DNA of 64,000 nucleotides from an uncultured Hyperthermus sp. (GCA_964542985.1 CAZIWH010000002.1:3674-67673); one strand, 5' to 3'. Shown: positions 18,174-26,577, counted from the stretch's first letter. The notes: generated from the letters alone by a model not told the origin. A program made the numbers and translations.

Positions 18174-18689
18174 GTGGCGTCTACCCATCTTTGCCTTCCC
18201 GTGAGGCTCCGCGGCCTTCTCCGCCTCCTTCCCCCAGGCTCTAAAATAGTAGCCGACAGCGGTGAGCTTCTCCGCCTTCTGCGTTACCGCCACGTGGTTG
18301 CCGTAGGTGATTATGTGTCTAGGCTGCTTAGGGGTCTGGGAGTAGAGCCCTGGGTCATGGTATACGATTGTGCTACGATGCGCTCGGAGACCGAGTGCCC
18401 CTGGAAGGAAGACGTGACTGTAAGGAATCCTGCCTCAACGTTATCGCCGGAGGCCTGGCATATTGTGTGCGACGCTGTGAGGCGCGGAGCGCCCGGGAGT
18501 ATACGTGTCGAGGGCGAGGAGGATCTGCTCGCTCTCGCAGCGATTATGTGCTGTCCGCAGGGCTGTGTCGTAGTCTATGGTTACCCCGGCGTGGGGAGCA
18601 TCGTAGCAGAGGTTAATGCGGAGCTAAAGAGGCTTGTCCGCTACATTCTCTCTGAGATGTCGCGGTGTCCCGAGGGGCCGAAGAGTTAA
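18174..18689 (+). CDS. DUF359 protein (GTP-dependent dephospho-CoA kinase family)
   Basis: …VVAVGDYVS…VMVYDCATMR…RNPASTLS…IRVEGEEDLLALAAI…VVYGYPGVG… It occupies the conserved slot between spt4 and rps24e. I start it at GTG 18174, just after the spt4 stop. The track ORF from 18000 overlaps spt4 in another frame. Confidence 0.7.
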   Translation: MASTHLCLPVRLRGLLRLLPPGSKIVADSGELLRLLRYRHVVAVGDYVSRLLRGLGVEPWVMVYDCATMRSETECPWKEDVTVRNPASTLSPEAWHIVCDAVRRGAPGSIRVEGEEDLLALAAIMCCPQGCVVVYGYPGVGSIVAEVNAELKRLVRYILSEMSRCPEGPKS

Positions 18690-18747
18690 TAGAAGCGGGT
18701 TACGTGGCGCGGCTGGGCTGGGGTATTAGTTAGGGAGGGTCGCGGCC

Positions 18748-19134
18748 TTGGCGCAGGCAGGGGCACCTGCAGACATGGTTGACCTGCTCCGCCCTAAGGA
18801 GGCGAAGCTGCTGGACGTGGGCATGGAAGGCTATGAATTCTACATTGTCAGTGACAAGTACAACTCGCTTATCAAAAGGAGGGAGATAGATTTCATTGTG
18901 CTCCATGTAGGGAAGCCAACGCCCAGCAGGATGGAGCTCAGGTATAAGCTCTCAAAGGCGCTAGGCGTAGACATTAAGAGGCTCTACATACGCAGCGTGC
19001 AGAGCGAATACGGCGTCGGACGCACGAAGGTTGAGGTGCACGTTTACGACACCCCTGAGCGTGCGCTCCAGTTCGAGCCAAAGTATATCCTTGAGAGGAA
19101 CAAGATACCCGAAGAGGAGGAGGAGGAAGAGTAA
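18748..19134 (+). CDS. rps24e: 30S ribosomal protein S24e
   Basis: …SLIKRREIDFIVLHVGKPTPSRMELRYKLSKALGVD…YGVGRTKVEVHVYD… with an acidic tail. Internal ATGs at 18775 and 18823 are alternative starts. Confidence 0.9.
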   Translation: MAQAGAPADMVDLLRPKEAKLLDVGMEGYEFYIVSDKYNSLIKRREIDFIVLHVGKPTPSRMELRYKLSKALGVDIKRLYIRSVQSEYGVGRTKVEVHVYDTPERALQFEPKYILERNKIPEEEEEEE

Positions 19135-19154
19135 CCCCTATCACGCGCCCCTCG

Positions 19155-19162
19155 GGAGGTGA
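19155..19162 (+). promoter_or_regulatory. Shine-Dalgarno motif GGAGGTGA upstream of rps27ae
   Basis: Located 6 nt before the ATG at 19169. Confidence 0.6.
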
Positions 19163-19168
19163 GGCGCC

Positions 19169-19351
19169 ATGTCCAAGAAGGAGGGCCTTAAGCTATACGT
19201 GCACAGGCTCTACGAGTACGACTACGAGAAGGGGACCATAAAGAGGAAGAACAAGATATGCCCGCGTTGTGGCAGCTTTATGGCATTCCACAAGTACCCT
19301 GTGCCGAGGTGGCATTGTGGTAAGTGTGGCCACACCGAGTTCGTTTCCTAG
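19169..19351 (+). CDS. rps27ae: 30S ribosomal protein S27ae
   Basis: …KICPRCGSFMAFH…WHCGKCGHTEF is the Zn-ribbon of eS31/S27ae. Confidence 0.95.
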   Translation: MSKKEGLKLYVHRLYEYDYEKGTIKRKNKICPRCGSFMAFHKYPVPRWHCGKCGHTEFVS

Positions 19352-20396
19352 TCCCCCGGTCGGCCCCCATATTCTGTACCCGCGTCTCGACTGGAACAGG
19401 GACGCCATAGTCCTAGGGATAGAGTCTACGGCCCACACCTTTGGAGTGGGCATAGCGTCTACGAGGCCTCCCTACATTCTTGCAAGCGTCAAGGACACCT
19501 ATGTCCCCAAGACGGGGGGCATTCATCCCCGTGAGGCGGCTGAGCACCACATACGCGTCGCGGCCGAGGTGCTGCGGAGAGCCCTGGAGGTCGCTGGAGT
19601 CTCTATGAACTCTGTGGACGCCGTGGCTGTTGCTCTGGGGCCGGGGCTGGGGCCTGCGCTCCGCGTCGGAGCAACAATAGCGCGAGGGTTAGCTGTCTAC
19701 TACTCTAAGCCCCTTGTGCCGGTGAACCATGCGGTCGCGCATATAGAGATAGGGCGTCTGCTCACCGGACTCTCCTCTCCTGTCGTGCTCTATGTTTCCG
19801 GCGGCAATACCATGGTGGCGGCGCTAGCTAAGAAGAGGTACAGGGTGTTCGGCGAGACCCTAGACATAGCGCTCGGCAACCTCCTTGACACCTTTGCGCG
19901 TGATGCCGGGCTCGCCCCGCCATATGTGGTTGAGGGACTTCACGTCGTTGACCGTTGCGCCCTCAAAGCTAGGGAGCCCGCCGAGATGCCCTACACGGTG
20001 AAGGGTATGGACGTCTCCTACTCCGGCTTGCTGACAGCGGCTCTCAGGGCGTGGAGGCGGGGTGGCGGGGCCGCGGTCTGCCTGGGGCTCCGCGAGTCAG
20101 CATACGGCGCAGCAGTAGAGGTAGCTGAGAGAGCCTTGGTCCATCTTCGCAGGAGGGAGGTGCTCCTAACCGGCGGTGTAGCGGCCAGCCCAGTGCTCAA
20201 GGAGAAGATGAGGATGATGGCCTCCCTCCACGGTGCCGCTGCAGGGTGGCCTCCTCCTCACTTCGCTGGCGACAATGGCGCCATGATAGCGTGGGTTGGC
20301 TTGTTGAACTACCTGGCAGGCATCACGGTTGACCCTGAGGAGGCGGTGGTGAGGCAGCGGTGGAGGCTGGACGCGGTGGAGACTCCCTGGCTCTGA
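19326..20396 (+). CDS. kae1: KEOPS catalytic subunit Kae1 (tRNA t6A threonylcarbamoyltransferase)
   Basis: VLGIESTAHTFGVGIA, …NHAVAHIE… and …GGVAAS… are ASKHA-fold Kae1/TsaD motifs. It is not fused to Bud32. The start is uncertain: in-frame GTGs at 19269, 19317 and 19326 all overlap rps27ae. Confidence 0.9.
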   Translation: MATPSSFPSPPVGPHILYPRLDWNRDAIVLGIESTAHTFGVGIASTRPPYILASVKDTYVPKTGGIHPREAAEHHIRVAAEVLRRALEVAGVSMNSVDAVAVALGPGLGPALRVGATIARGLAVYYSKPLVPVNHAVAHIEIGRLLTGLSSPVVLYVSGGNTMVAALAKKRYRVFGETLDIALGNLLDTFARDAGLAPPYVVEGLHVVDRCALKAREPAEMPYTVKGMDVSYSGLLTAALRAWRRGGGAAVCLGLRESAYGAAVEVAERALVHLRRREVLLTGGVAASPVLKEKMRMMASLHGAAAGWPPPHFAGDNGAMIAWVGLLNYLAGITVDPEEAVVRQRWRLDAVETPWL

Positions 20397-20398
20397 GG

Positions 20399-21058
20399 GT
20401 GCTCGGGCCCCCGCTCTACGAGGGAGCCGAGGGCATCCTCTACCCCGTGGACTGGTTCGGAGTGCCAGCGCTGGCGAAGCACCGTATAGCCAAGCGGTAT
20501 CGCCACCCTCTGCTTGACGCGAGGCTGAGGGTCGAGAGAACCATAACCGAGGCGAAGGCGGTGGCAGCGGCGCTTAGGGCCGGCGTGCCTGCACCGGCAA
20601 TATATTTCGTAGACCCCCTTGAGGCCGTCATAGTAATGGAGTGGCTCCGCGGCGCCGAGAAGCTCGCTGACATCATAGAGAGGGAGCCAGGTTGCGCGAT
20701 TAGCTACGTTGAGAAGCTCGGTGCCCACGTTGCCAGACTCCACGGTGCTGGCGTCGCCCACGGTGACCTAACCACGAGCAACGTGCTGGTCCACCAGGGG
20801 GAGGTGTTCCTCATAGACTTCGGCCTCGCCTCCCTCCATGCAAGCCTACGCGACCGAGCGGTTGACCTCCACCTCTTCCTCCGGAGCCTGGAGGCCGAGC
20901 ACCCGGAGAACGTTGAGCCGGCCCTCGAGGCCTTCCTGCGCGGCTACTCCTCTATCCTAGGCCGCGGCGAGGCGGGACGCCTCCTTAACCTGGTGCATGA
21001 GATAAGGCTTATGGGCCGCTACCGTGAGGAGCGGCGCACCGCCTGGGGCCAGGGATGA
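20399..21058 (+). CDS. bud32: KEOPS subunit Bud32 (RIO-type small kinase/ATPase)
   Basis: …YEGAEGILY…KHRIAKRYRHP…ERTITEAK…HGDLTTSNVLV…IDFGLA… GTG 20399 lies 3 nt after the kae1 stop. GTG 20360 is the alternative start. Confidence 0.85.
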   Translation: MLGPPLYEGAEGILYPVDWFGVPALAKHRIAKRYRHPLLDARLRVERTITEAKAVAAALRAGVPAPAIYFVDPLEAVIVMEWLRGAEKLADIIEREPGCAISYVEKLGAHVARLHGAGVAHGDLTTSNVLVHQGEVFLIDFGLASLHASLRDRAVDLHLFLRSLEAEHPENVEPALEAFLRGYSSILGRGEAGRLLNLVHEIRLMGRYREERRTAWGQG

Positions 21059-21609
21059 GAATCCTATTCGCCACAGGCAACCCCCATAAGGTTGAGGAGC
21101 TGCGCGCGGTGCTCGCTGGCTGTGGGGTGGAGGTAGAGACGATTCCGGTGCCGAAGCTCGAGCTGCAGGCAGGCGACATAGCAAAGATAGCTGCTGCCGC
21201 AGCCTCCCTGGCCTATACGGCGGCGGGGCGTCCAGTCGCGGTGGAGGACGCGGGACTCTTCATACGTGCCCTCTCCTGGTTCCCTGGGCCCTACAGCAGC
21301 TATGTCTACTCAACCATAGGCGTCAAGGGCGTGCTCAAGCTCATGGAGGGCGTTGTGGACAGGTACGCGGAGTTCCGTTCAGTCATAGCCTACGCCGGGC
21401 CCTGGGGCGTGCGCCTCTACACCGGCGTCGCACGGGGCAGGATAGCTGAAGAGCCCCGGGGGAGTGGTGGCTTCGGCTTTGACCCCATATTCATACCTAT
21501 GGGTTCTGACAGGACGTTCGCTGAGATGAGCGTTGAGGAGAAGAACCGCTTTTCCCACCGCGCTGCGGCGGCCAGGAAGCTGTGCCGGGATCTCCGTGAA
21601 TTCATTTAA
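21055..21609 (+). CDS. HAM1/RdgB-type non-canonical purine NTP pyrophosphatase (ITPase)
   Basis: MRILFATGNPHKVEEL…FGFDPIF…EMSVEEKNRFSHRAAA. The start overlaps the bud32 stop (ATGA). Confidence 0.9.
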   Translation: MRILFATGNPHKVEELRAVLAGCGVEVETIPVPKLELQAGDIAKIAAAAASLAYTAAGRPVAVEDAGLFIRALSWFPGPYSSYVYSTIGVKGVLKLMEGVVDRYAEFRSVIAYAGPWGVRLYTGVARGRIAEEPRGSGGFGFDPIFIPMGSDRTFAEMSVEEKNRFSHRAAAARKLCRDLREFI

Positions 21610-21694
21610 GCGGGCCAGGTGTGGCGGGCTTCACCGTGCTTGGAGGGGCCCCGGGAGTAGGGGCCCACATGTAGGGGCTCCTGCTCGCCGGGTA

Positions 21695-21701
21695 GGAGGT
21701 G
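21695..21701 (+). promoter_or_regulatory. Shine-Dalgarno motif GGAGGTG upstream of rps15
   Basis: Located 7 nt before the GTG at 21709. Confidence 0.6.
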
Positions 21702-21708
21702 TCGCGTC

Positions 21709-22188
21709 GTGGCAGGAAAGAGGAGGAAGAAGGGTCGCTCCCACTCCACAAGGCCTGCGAGCCCGACTGTGCCTAAGTGGGTGCAGTACGACCCGGAGGA
21801 GATAGAGGAGATAATCGTAGACCTGGCAAGGAAGGGCTACGGCCCTAGCATGATAGGCATAGTGCTCCGCGACCAGTTCGGCATACCCCTGGTGAAGCCC
21901 GTCATAGGCAAGACGATAACGCAGGTCCTAGAGGAGCATTGCATAAAGATGGTGGTCCCCGAAGACTTGTTCAGACTGATAGAGAAGGCTGTCAACCTGC
22001 GCCGTCACCTAGAGGAGCACCCCAAGGATACACACGCCAAGAAGGGCCTCCTAGACTTGGAGTCGAAGATAAGGAGGCTAGCCAGTTACTATAAGATGGA
22101 GGGCATGCTTCCCGAGGACTGGAAGTACGACCCAGCGCAGGCAAAGCTGATAGTAGCCGGCGGCCTCTACGTGGAGGGTAAGTGCTAG
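21709..22188 (+). CDS. rps15: 30S ribosomal protein S15 (uS15/S13e)
   Basis: …KGRSHSTRP…PKWV…[28 protein letters not shown]…[13 protein letters not shown]…. Confidence 0.95.
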   Translation: MAGKRRKKGRSHSTRPASPTVPKWVQYDPEEIEEIIVDLARKGYGPSMIGIVLRDQFGIPLVKPVIGKTITQVLEEHCIKMVVPEDLFRLIEKAVNLRRHLEEHPKDTHAKKGLLDLESKIRRLASYYKMEGMLPEDWKYDPAQAKLIVAGGLYVEGKC

Positions 22189-22200
22189 CTTCTCCACGTT

Positions 22201-22234
22201 GCCTCCCTTGCTGCGTGGGAGGCCCCTAGCTTTT
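22201..22234 (+). terminator. Hairpin plus T-tract after rps15
   Basis: CCTCCC-TTGCTGCGT-GGGAGG stem-loop (22201-22221) followed by CTTTTC (22229-22234). Confidence 0.4.
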
Positions 22235-22270
22235 CATGTCTCCTCTTCCTCCTAGGCGGCGGGGACCGGG

Positions 22271-23539
22271 TTGAGCCTGGATGAGGCCTTCTCGAGATTC
22301 ATAAGCGAGAAGGAGGCAAGTCTGTTCAGGCCGTCTGCGAGCCAGATAGCAACGGCCTCGAAGGAGTATGGCTTTCTCGAGGTGTGGTGTTTCCCGTCCC
22401 TCGACTCGGCCATAGCGGCTGCGATCGTGCTCCGCGTGCTCAGCAGCAGTGGCGTACAGGCTACTGTCTACTTCTCGCCGGAGCCGCCGCGGCTCATAGA
22501 GGAGCCGTCTCTCCTCTTAGGCTACCCGGCTGCGGTAGCCACAGAACTCACAGTGAAGAAGCCCTCTGCCTTGATAGGGTATGGCGAGAGGCCGCAGGGC
22601 CTCCTGCCCCTGGCGGTCACAGCGTCCAACGATTCAAGCATAGCGGCACTCACGGTGGGCGTCTTATCTGAGATAAGTATCGTTGGAGGTTTCTCTGTCT
22701 ATGCTGTTGCCGCCGGCTTCTGGCGTGGCATGGATAGAGGGAAGAGGGGTGAGTTCCCCGGCGTCGAGAACAGTATCGTGGAGATGCTGAAGCTGGAGAA
22801 CAAGGTTGAGGAGCACTTCAGCCTTAGGCTGATGAGGTGGAATAGCCTGGCCACTGAGGAGGCCATGGCGGTTACAGTGCAGCCCTACCTGCCAGGGCTC
22901 ACCGGCTCCATTGAGGCGGCGCGTAGGATGCTTGAGGAGGATCCACGGCTGGCCCAGCTGCTGGGCAAGAACATGCACGACGCCCCTGAACAGGGGCTCG
23001 CAGTGCTGGGCGAGAAGCTCTATGAGCTGCTTAAGAACGAGAGCCGCATACCCAGGAGGCCCTCCGAGATAATAGGCCTCGCCTACTACAGCCCCTCTAG
23101 CCCCCTCCCCGACCTACGCGAGACACCCTACGTGCTGGCCGCCGCAGCCTCGGCGGCAGGACTCCACGCCCTCCTAGGCCTAGCCTACGCTGAGGAAGCC
23201 TCGGCGGCGGCGGCCCACTACCTCTACCGCCGCAGCCTGGGCGAGACTGTGGCCTGGATAGAAGAGGCTAGGAGGGGCAAGCCGCAGCAGAGGCGCCTGG
23301 GCAGGCTCCAGATCGCGGTCTACAACGAGGAGCCGCCGCAGCCCCAGCTGGCGGAGAAGGCACTGAGCCAGCTCGGCGTGGTGCAGCCACATCAGGCCGG
23401 TGTCTACGGTGACAAGCTGCTGGCCGAGAAAGTAGTGGAGACTGCTGGCTATGAGGCTCTCCGCGAGCTGTTACGCCAGGGCTGCCTGGAGTACCTGGAG
23501 GGGAGCCCCTATGTCCGCGCCAAGTCCTGGAGCTGCTAG
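22271..23539 (+). CDS. RecJ/Cdc45-like protein with degenerate DHH motifs (RecJdbh-type candidate)
   Basis: …EVWCFPSLDSAIAAAIVLRVL… sits where DHH motif I (H-x-DxDG-x-S) would be but lacks the acidic residues, and there is no DHH or GGGH motif. Size and position directly after rps15 match the conserved archaeal recJ/GAN neighbourhood. Confidence 0.4.
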   Translation: MSLDEAFSRFISEKEASLFRPSASQIATASKEYGFLEVWCFPSLDSAIAAAIVLRVLSSSGVQATVYFSPEPPRLIEEPSLLLGYPAAVATELTVKKPSALIGYGERPQGLLPLAVTASNDSSIAALTVGVLSEISIVGGFSVYAVAAGFWRGMDRGKRGEFPGVENSIVEMLKLENKVEEHFSLRLMRWNSLATEEAMAVTVQPYLPGLTGSIEAARRMLEEDPRLAQLLGKNMHDAPEQGLAVLGEKLYELLKNESRIPRRPSEIIGLAYYSPSSPLPDLRETPYVLAAAASAAGLHALLGLAYAEEASAAAAHYLYRRSLGETVAWIEEARRGKPQQRRLGRLQIAVYNEEPPQPQLAEKALSQLGVVQPHQAGVYGDKLLAEKVVETAGYEALRELLRQGCLEYLEGSPYVRAKSWSC

Positions 23540-23846
23540 GCTACGGGCAACAATAAGGATACATGGCCTCGGCCGCGCAGCGGAGGCCGCGGCCGCGGCG
23601 CTCAGGCCGGACGACAAGGGAGCGCCGCCGTGGATGAGGATAAGCGAGCACGTAGAGGACGGTAACCTCGTCATCGTAGTTGAGGTCGATGGGCTGAGGC
23701 TTGGGAGCCTCCGCAACACTGTGGATGAGATACTCTCTACACTATATTCACTGCTCAAGGCGATAGAGGAGACTGCTAAGGCTTTAAACCAGACTGCGGC
23801 AGGGCCTGGAGACGCCGGGAGGGAGGGTAATGAGCCGCCGAGTTAG
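23511..23846 (+). CDS. pcc1: KEOPS subunit Pcc1 (CTAG/Pcc1 family)
   Basis: …ATIRIHGLGRAAEAAAAALRPDD…ISEHVEDGNLVIVVEVDGLRLGSLRNTVDEILSTLYSLLKAIE… The start is set at the internal ATG 23511 and overlaps the preceding gene by 29 nt. Confidence 0.65.
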   Translation: MSAPSPGAARLRATIRIHGLGRAAEAAAAALRPDDKGAPPWMRISEHVEDGNLVIVVEVDGLRLGSLRNTVDEILSTLYSLLKAIEETAKALNQTAAGPGDAGREGNEPPS

Positions 23847-24477
23847 AGGCGCAAGGGACAAGTGGAGGCTCAAGAAGTGGTACGAGGTCATAGCCCCCCA
23901 GGTCTTCGGTAACGTGGCCTTAGGCACTACGCCCGCCGACGACCCCCGCAAGCTGATAGGCAGGATAATGGAGACAACACTCTACGACATAACCGGCGAC
24001 TTCTCCCTGGTGCACGTGCATCTCTTCTTCCAGATAATAGATGTTGACGAGGAAAACCTGAAAGCCTACACCAGGTTCCGCGGCCACGAGCTAGCCAGGG
24101 ACTACATGAAGAGCCTCATACGCCGCAAGAGCAGCAAGATACAGGGCATATACAACGTTACCACTAAGGATGGTTACGGCCTACGCATAACCGGCGTAGT
24201 CCTAACCACCTATAGGTGCAAGACAAGCCAGAAGAAGGCAATACGTAAGATAATGGGCGACATAATAGTCAAGCGCGCAGCAGAGATGACCCTAGACGAG
24301 CTGATAAACGCAATGCTCTTCGGCAGCCTAGCCAACGAGATATTCGAGCAGGCCAAGAAGATATACCCGCTGAGGAAGGTTGAGATATACAAATCTAAGC
24401 TACTGACCGTTCCCGGTCCAGAGGGGAAGCCGCAGCCCGCAGTAGTGGTCTCGCCGCTCATGTATGAGGTACACTAG
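23830..24477 (+). CDS. rps3ae: 30S ribosomal protein S3Ae (eS1)
   Basis: …RDKWRLKKWYEVIAPQVFG…IGRIMETTLYDITGDFS…. Confidence 0.95.
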   Translation: MSRRVRGARDKWRLKKWYEVIAPQVFGNVALGTTPADDPRKLIGRIMETTLYDITGDFSLVHVHLFFQIIDVDEENLKAYTRFRGHELARDYMKSLIRRKSSKIQGIYNVTTKDGYGLRITGVVLTTYRCKTSQKKAIRKIMGDIIVKRAAEMTLDELINAMLFGSLANEIFEQAKKIYPLRKVEIYKSKLLTVPGPEGKPQPAVVVSPLMYEVH

Positions 24478-24549
24478 CCAAGCCAATAACTACACAGACC
24501 GGGCGGGAAGCGACGCCGCTCCTCCGGGTTTTGGCCGGCTCGCTGCTCC

Positions 24550-25770
24550 GTGGTTCAAGCCCCTAGGCACCTTTCTCCCAAGTCCAGAGGCCAGGCAATG
24601 GTCTGTCCTCCGGTGATAGCCCTGGCTTGTCCTACAGGATTCCGAAGTGCAGAGGTGTGTGTAGGCTTGACTGAAGGCACGTGTAACTATATTCTTGTGA
24701 AAACCGTGCTGGGAATGGAGCGTGTTGCAGCAAGCTACATAAAGGAGCTTGATCCTGGAGCGGAGGTCATCTCGTCTCCTAAAGGTTTCCGCGGTCTAGT
24801 CCTAGTAAAGCCCAGCATAGATAAGCATGAGTTGGCGAAACTCATAGAGGAGAAGGTTCCGGAGGTGGAGAAGCTTGTAGTCGCTGAGGCTTGCACCGAG
24901 GCTGAGCCGCGCAAAATAGCTGAGGAGGCAGCGAAGTTGGCACCAAGGTTCATCTCGAGTGGCGAAACTTTTGCTGTACGGACTGTCAGGAGGGGGAGGC
25001 ACAGCTTCACGAGCATAGATGTAAACGTGATAGTCGGCGATGCAGTGAGGAAGGCCACGGGTGCGCAAGTAAACCTCACAATGCCAGACAAGGTGGTAGC
25101 GGTAGAGATAATCAGTGACCTCGCGTTGATAGGGTTCCTCGAGGGGCACAGCCTCTGGAAGAAGATGGGACCCGGTAAGTATCCGATTTACAAGCTGTTC
25201 AGAAGGCTAAGCATAGTGCAGATGCCCTACCTCGGCCCGCTGGACGCGTGCAGAACCATGGGAGTGCGGGTCGGCAGGGAGGTGCAGAACTTCGAGGTGA
25301 GCGAGCTTGTGATCGCTCCGATAGGCCTCGTGGACGCGTTGCAGTTGAAGACATTCCTCGACGGCGTGTTCGAGGGCATAGAGTCTAGGTACGAGATTCA
25401 AAGGAAGAGCTACGGCAGGAGGGCCCACCGGGTGCCTGTGAGGCTCCAAGACCTCTACCAGCTCGTGAGGAGCAGGGCGGGCCGCGAGGTAATCATAGTG
25501 TTCGAGCCTGAGGGGATGCCGGTATCCAAGGCGGCTAGCAAGCTCTATGAGCTATTGAGGAGCGGGAAGAGGGTGAACTTGCTCTTTGGCTCTAGAGAGG
25601 GGATACCGGAGGGCGTCTACAGGTTCGCTGATCTTGTCCTAGACTTCGCGCCAGGCGTCACGTTGTCCACAGAATATGCGGCGGCGGCGGCTCTGATAGC
25701 TATAGCGACCGTTCTACACGATAAGCTTGCCGAGGAGGAGAAGAAAGGCTTAGAGGACTCCAAGTCCTAG
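24550..25770 (+). CDS. THUMP domain fused to a SPOUT-like putative RNA methyltransferase domain
   Basis: N-terminal half …GETFAVRTVRRGRHSFTSIDVNVIVGDAV…VNLTMPDKVVAVEII… is THUMP. The C-terminal half …NLLFGSREGIPEGVYRFADLVLDFAPGVTLSTEYAAAAALIAI… resembles a SPOUT knot. The start is uncertain (24550, 24598 or later). Confidence 0.55.
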   Translation: MVQAPRHLSPKSRGQAMVCPPVIALACPTGFRSAEVCVGLTEGTCNYILVKTVLGMERVAASYIKELDPGAEVISSPKGFRGLVLVKPSIDKHELAKLIEEKVPEVEKLVVAEACTEAEPRKIAEEAAKLAPRFISSGETFAVRTVRRGRHSFTSIDVNVIVGDAVRKATGAQVNLTMPDKVVAVEIISDLALIGFLEGHSLWKKMGPGKYPIYKLFRRLSIVQMPYLGPLDACRTMGVRVGREVQNFEVSELVIAPIGLVDALQLKTFLDGVFEGIESRYEIQRKSYGRRAHRVPVRLQDLYQLVRSRAGREVIIVFEPEGMPVSKAASKLYELLRSGKRVNLLFGSREGIPEGVYRFADLVLDFAPGVTLSTEYAAAAALIAIATVLHDKLAEEEKKGLEDSKS

Positions 25771-26319
25771 CAGTGTCTGGTTTATCTGCTTTGCCAGTAT
25801 CGGATCCCTCCTACCCAGCTCCCTCAGAATCCTTCTCAGCGCCTGCCTCGGGTCGGGCCTCCTAACCTGCCTTCTCCGCCTCCTGGGTATGGTGGGCTGG
25901 GGTGGCTCAACATAGTTCTTCACGTCGCTGTATATGGTCTCCCTGGCCTCCCTCGAGACGGCCGGCTCGAATCCCTGTAGCCCCGCCTTGGCCAGCATCT
26001 CTGCCGCCTCGGGCAGAGGGCTCTCCTCCTCCCTCAGCTTCTCTAGCGCCTCCAACAGCTCGTGATACTCGGGCCCCGTCTCTCCCCACTTCTCCCTCGC
26101 GCGTACAAGGAATGCGTTGGAGATTACGCCAGCCAGCCTGCTGGCCAGTCTCCTCGCCTCGCCTAGTCCCGAGTCAACGGGCTTCAGCGGTGCATACAGC
26201 GCGTCGGCCGAGGCAAGCAACAGCCTCGCGCACTTCTTCGGGCTGCCCTCCTCTACGCAGCTCAATACCTCGTCGAGAGCAGCGGCGACTATGGGGCCGA
26301 CGATGTCGCGCCACGCCAT
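25750..26319 (-). CDS. Hypothetical protein (helical, Arg-rich C-terminal segment)
   Basis: Its codon usage is like that of neighbouring genes. No motif recognised. It overlaps the convergent THUMP gene by 21 nt. Confidence 0.35.
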   Translation of the reverse strand: MAWRDIVGPIVAAALDEVLSCVEEGSPKKCARLLLASADALYAPLKPVDSGLGEARRLASRLAGVISNAFLVRAREKWGETGPEYHELLEALEKLREEESPLPEAAEMLAKAGLQGFEPAVSREARETIYSDVKNYVEPPQPTIPRRRRRQVRRPDPRQALRRILRELGRRDPILAKQINQTLLGLGVL

Positions 26320-26524
26320 TCTCTACGCCACCCTCCCCGTCCAGGGTCAGCCACGGACACCGCCTTAGGCTCAACGATTTTAGCCGTAGCCCTCGCGGGG
26401 GCCGGCGGACTCAGCAATCCCAGCCAACTCCTCACCTGTATGGGCGTCGGCGAAGAGCGCTCACAGCATAGCCCGCCGGCCCCTCCAGCTCCACGGCGCT
26501 TAGAGGCTTCGGGAGAGGCTATTG

Positions 26525-26530
26525 TTTTAA
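26525..26530 (+). promoter_or_regulatory. TATA box (TTTTAA) upstream of the Zn-ribbon gene
   Basis: TTGTTTTAAGC lies about 48 nt before the GTG at 26578. GGTGGTGG lies 8-15 nt before that start. Confidence 0.35.
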
Positions 26531-26577
26531 GCCCAGTCTGCGGGCTGCTGCGCCCATTCACCTGGGGTGGTGGCCTA

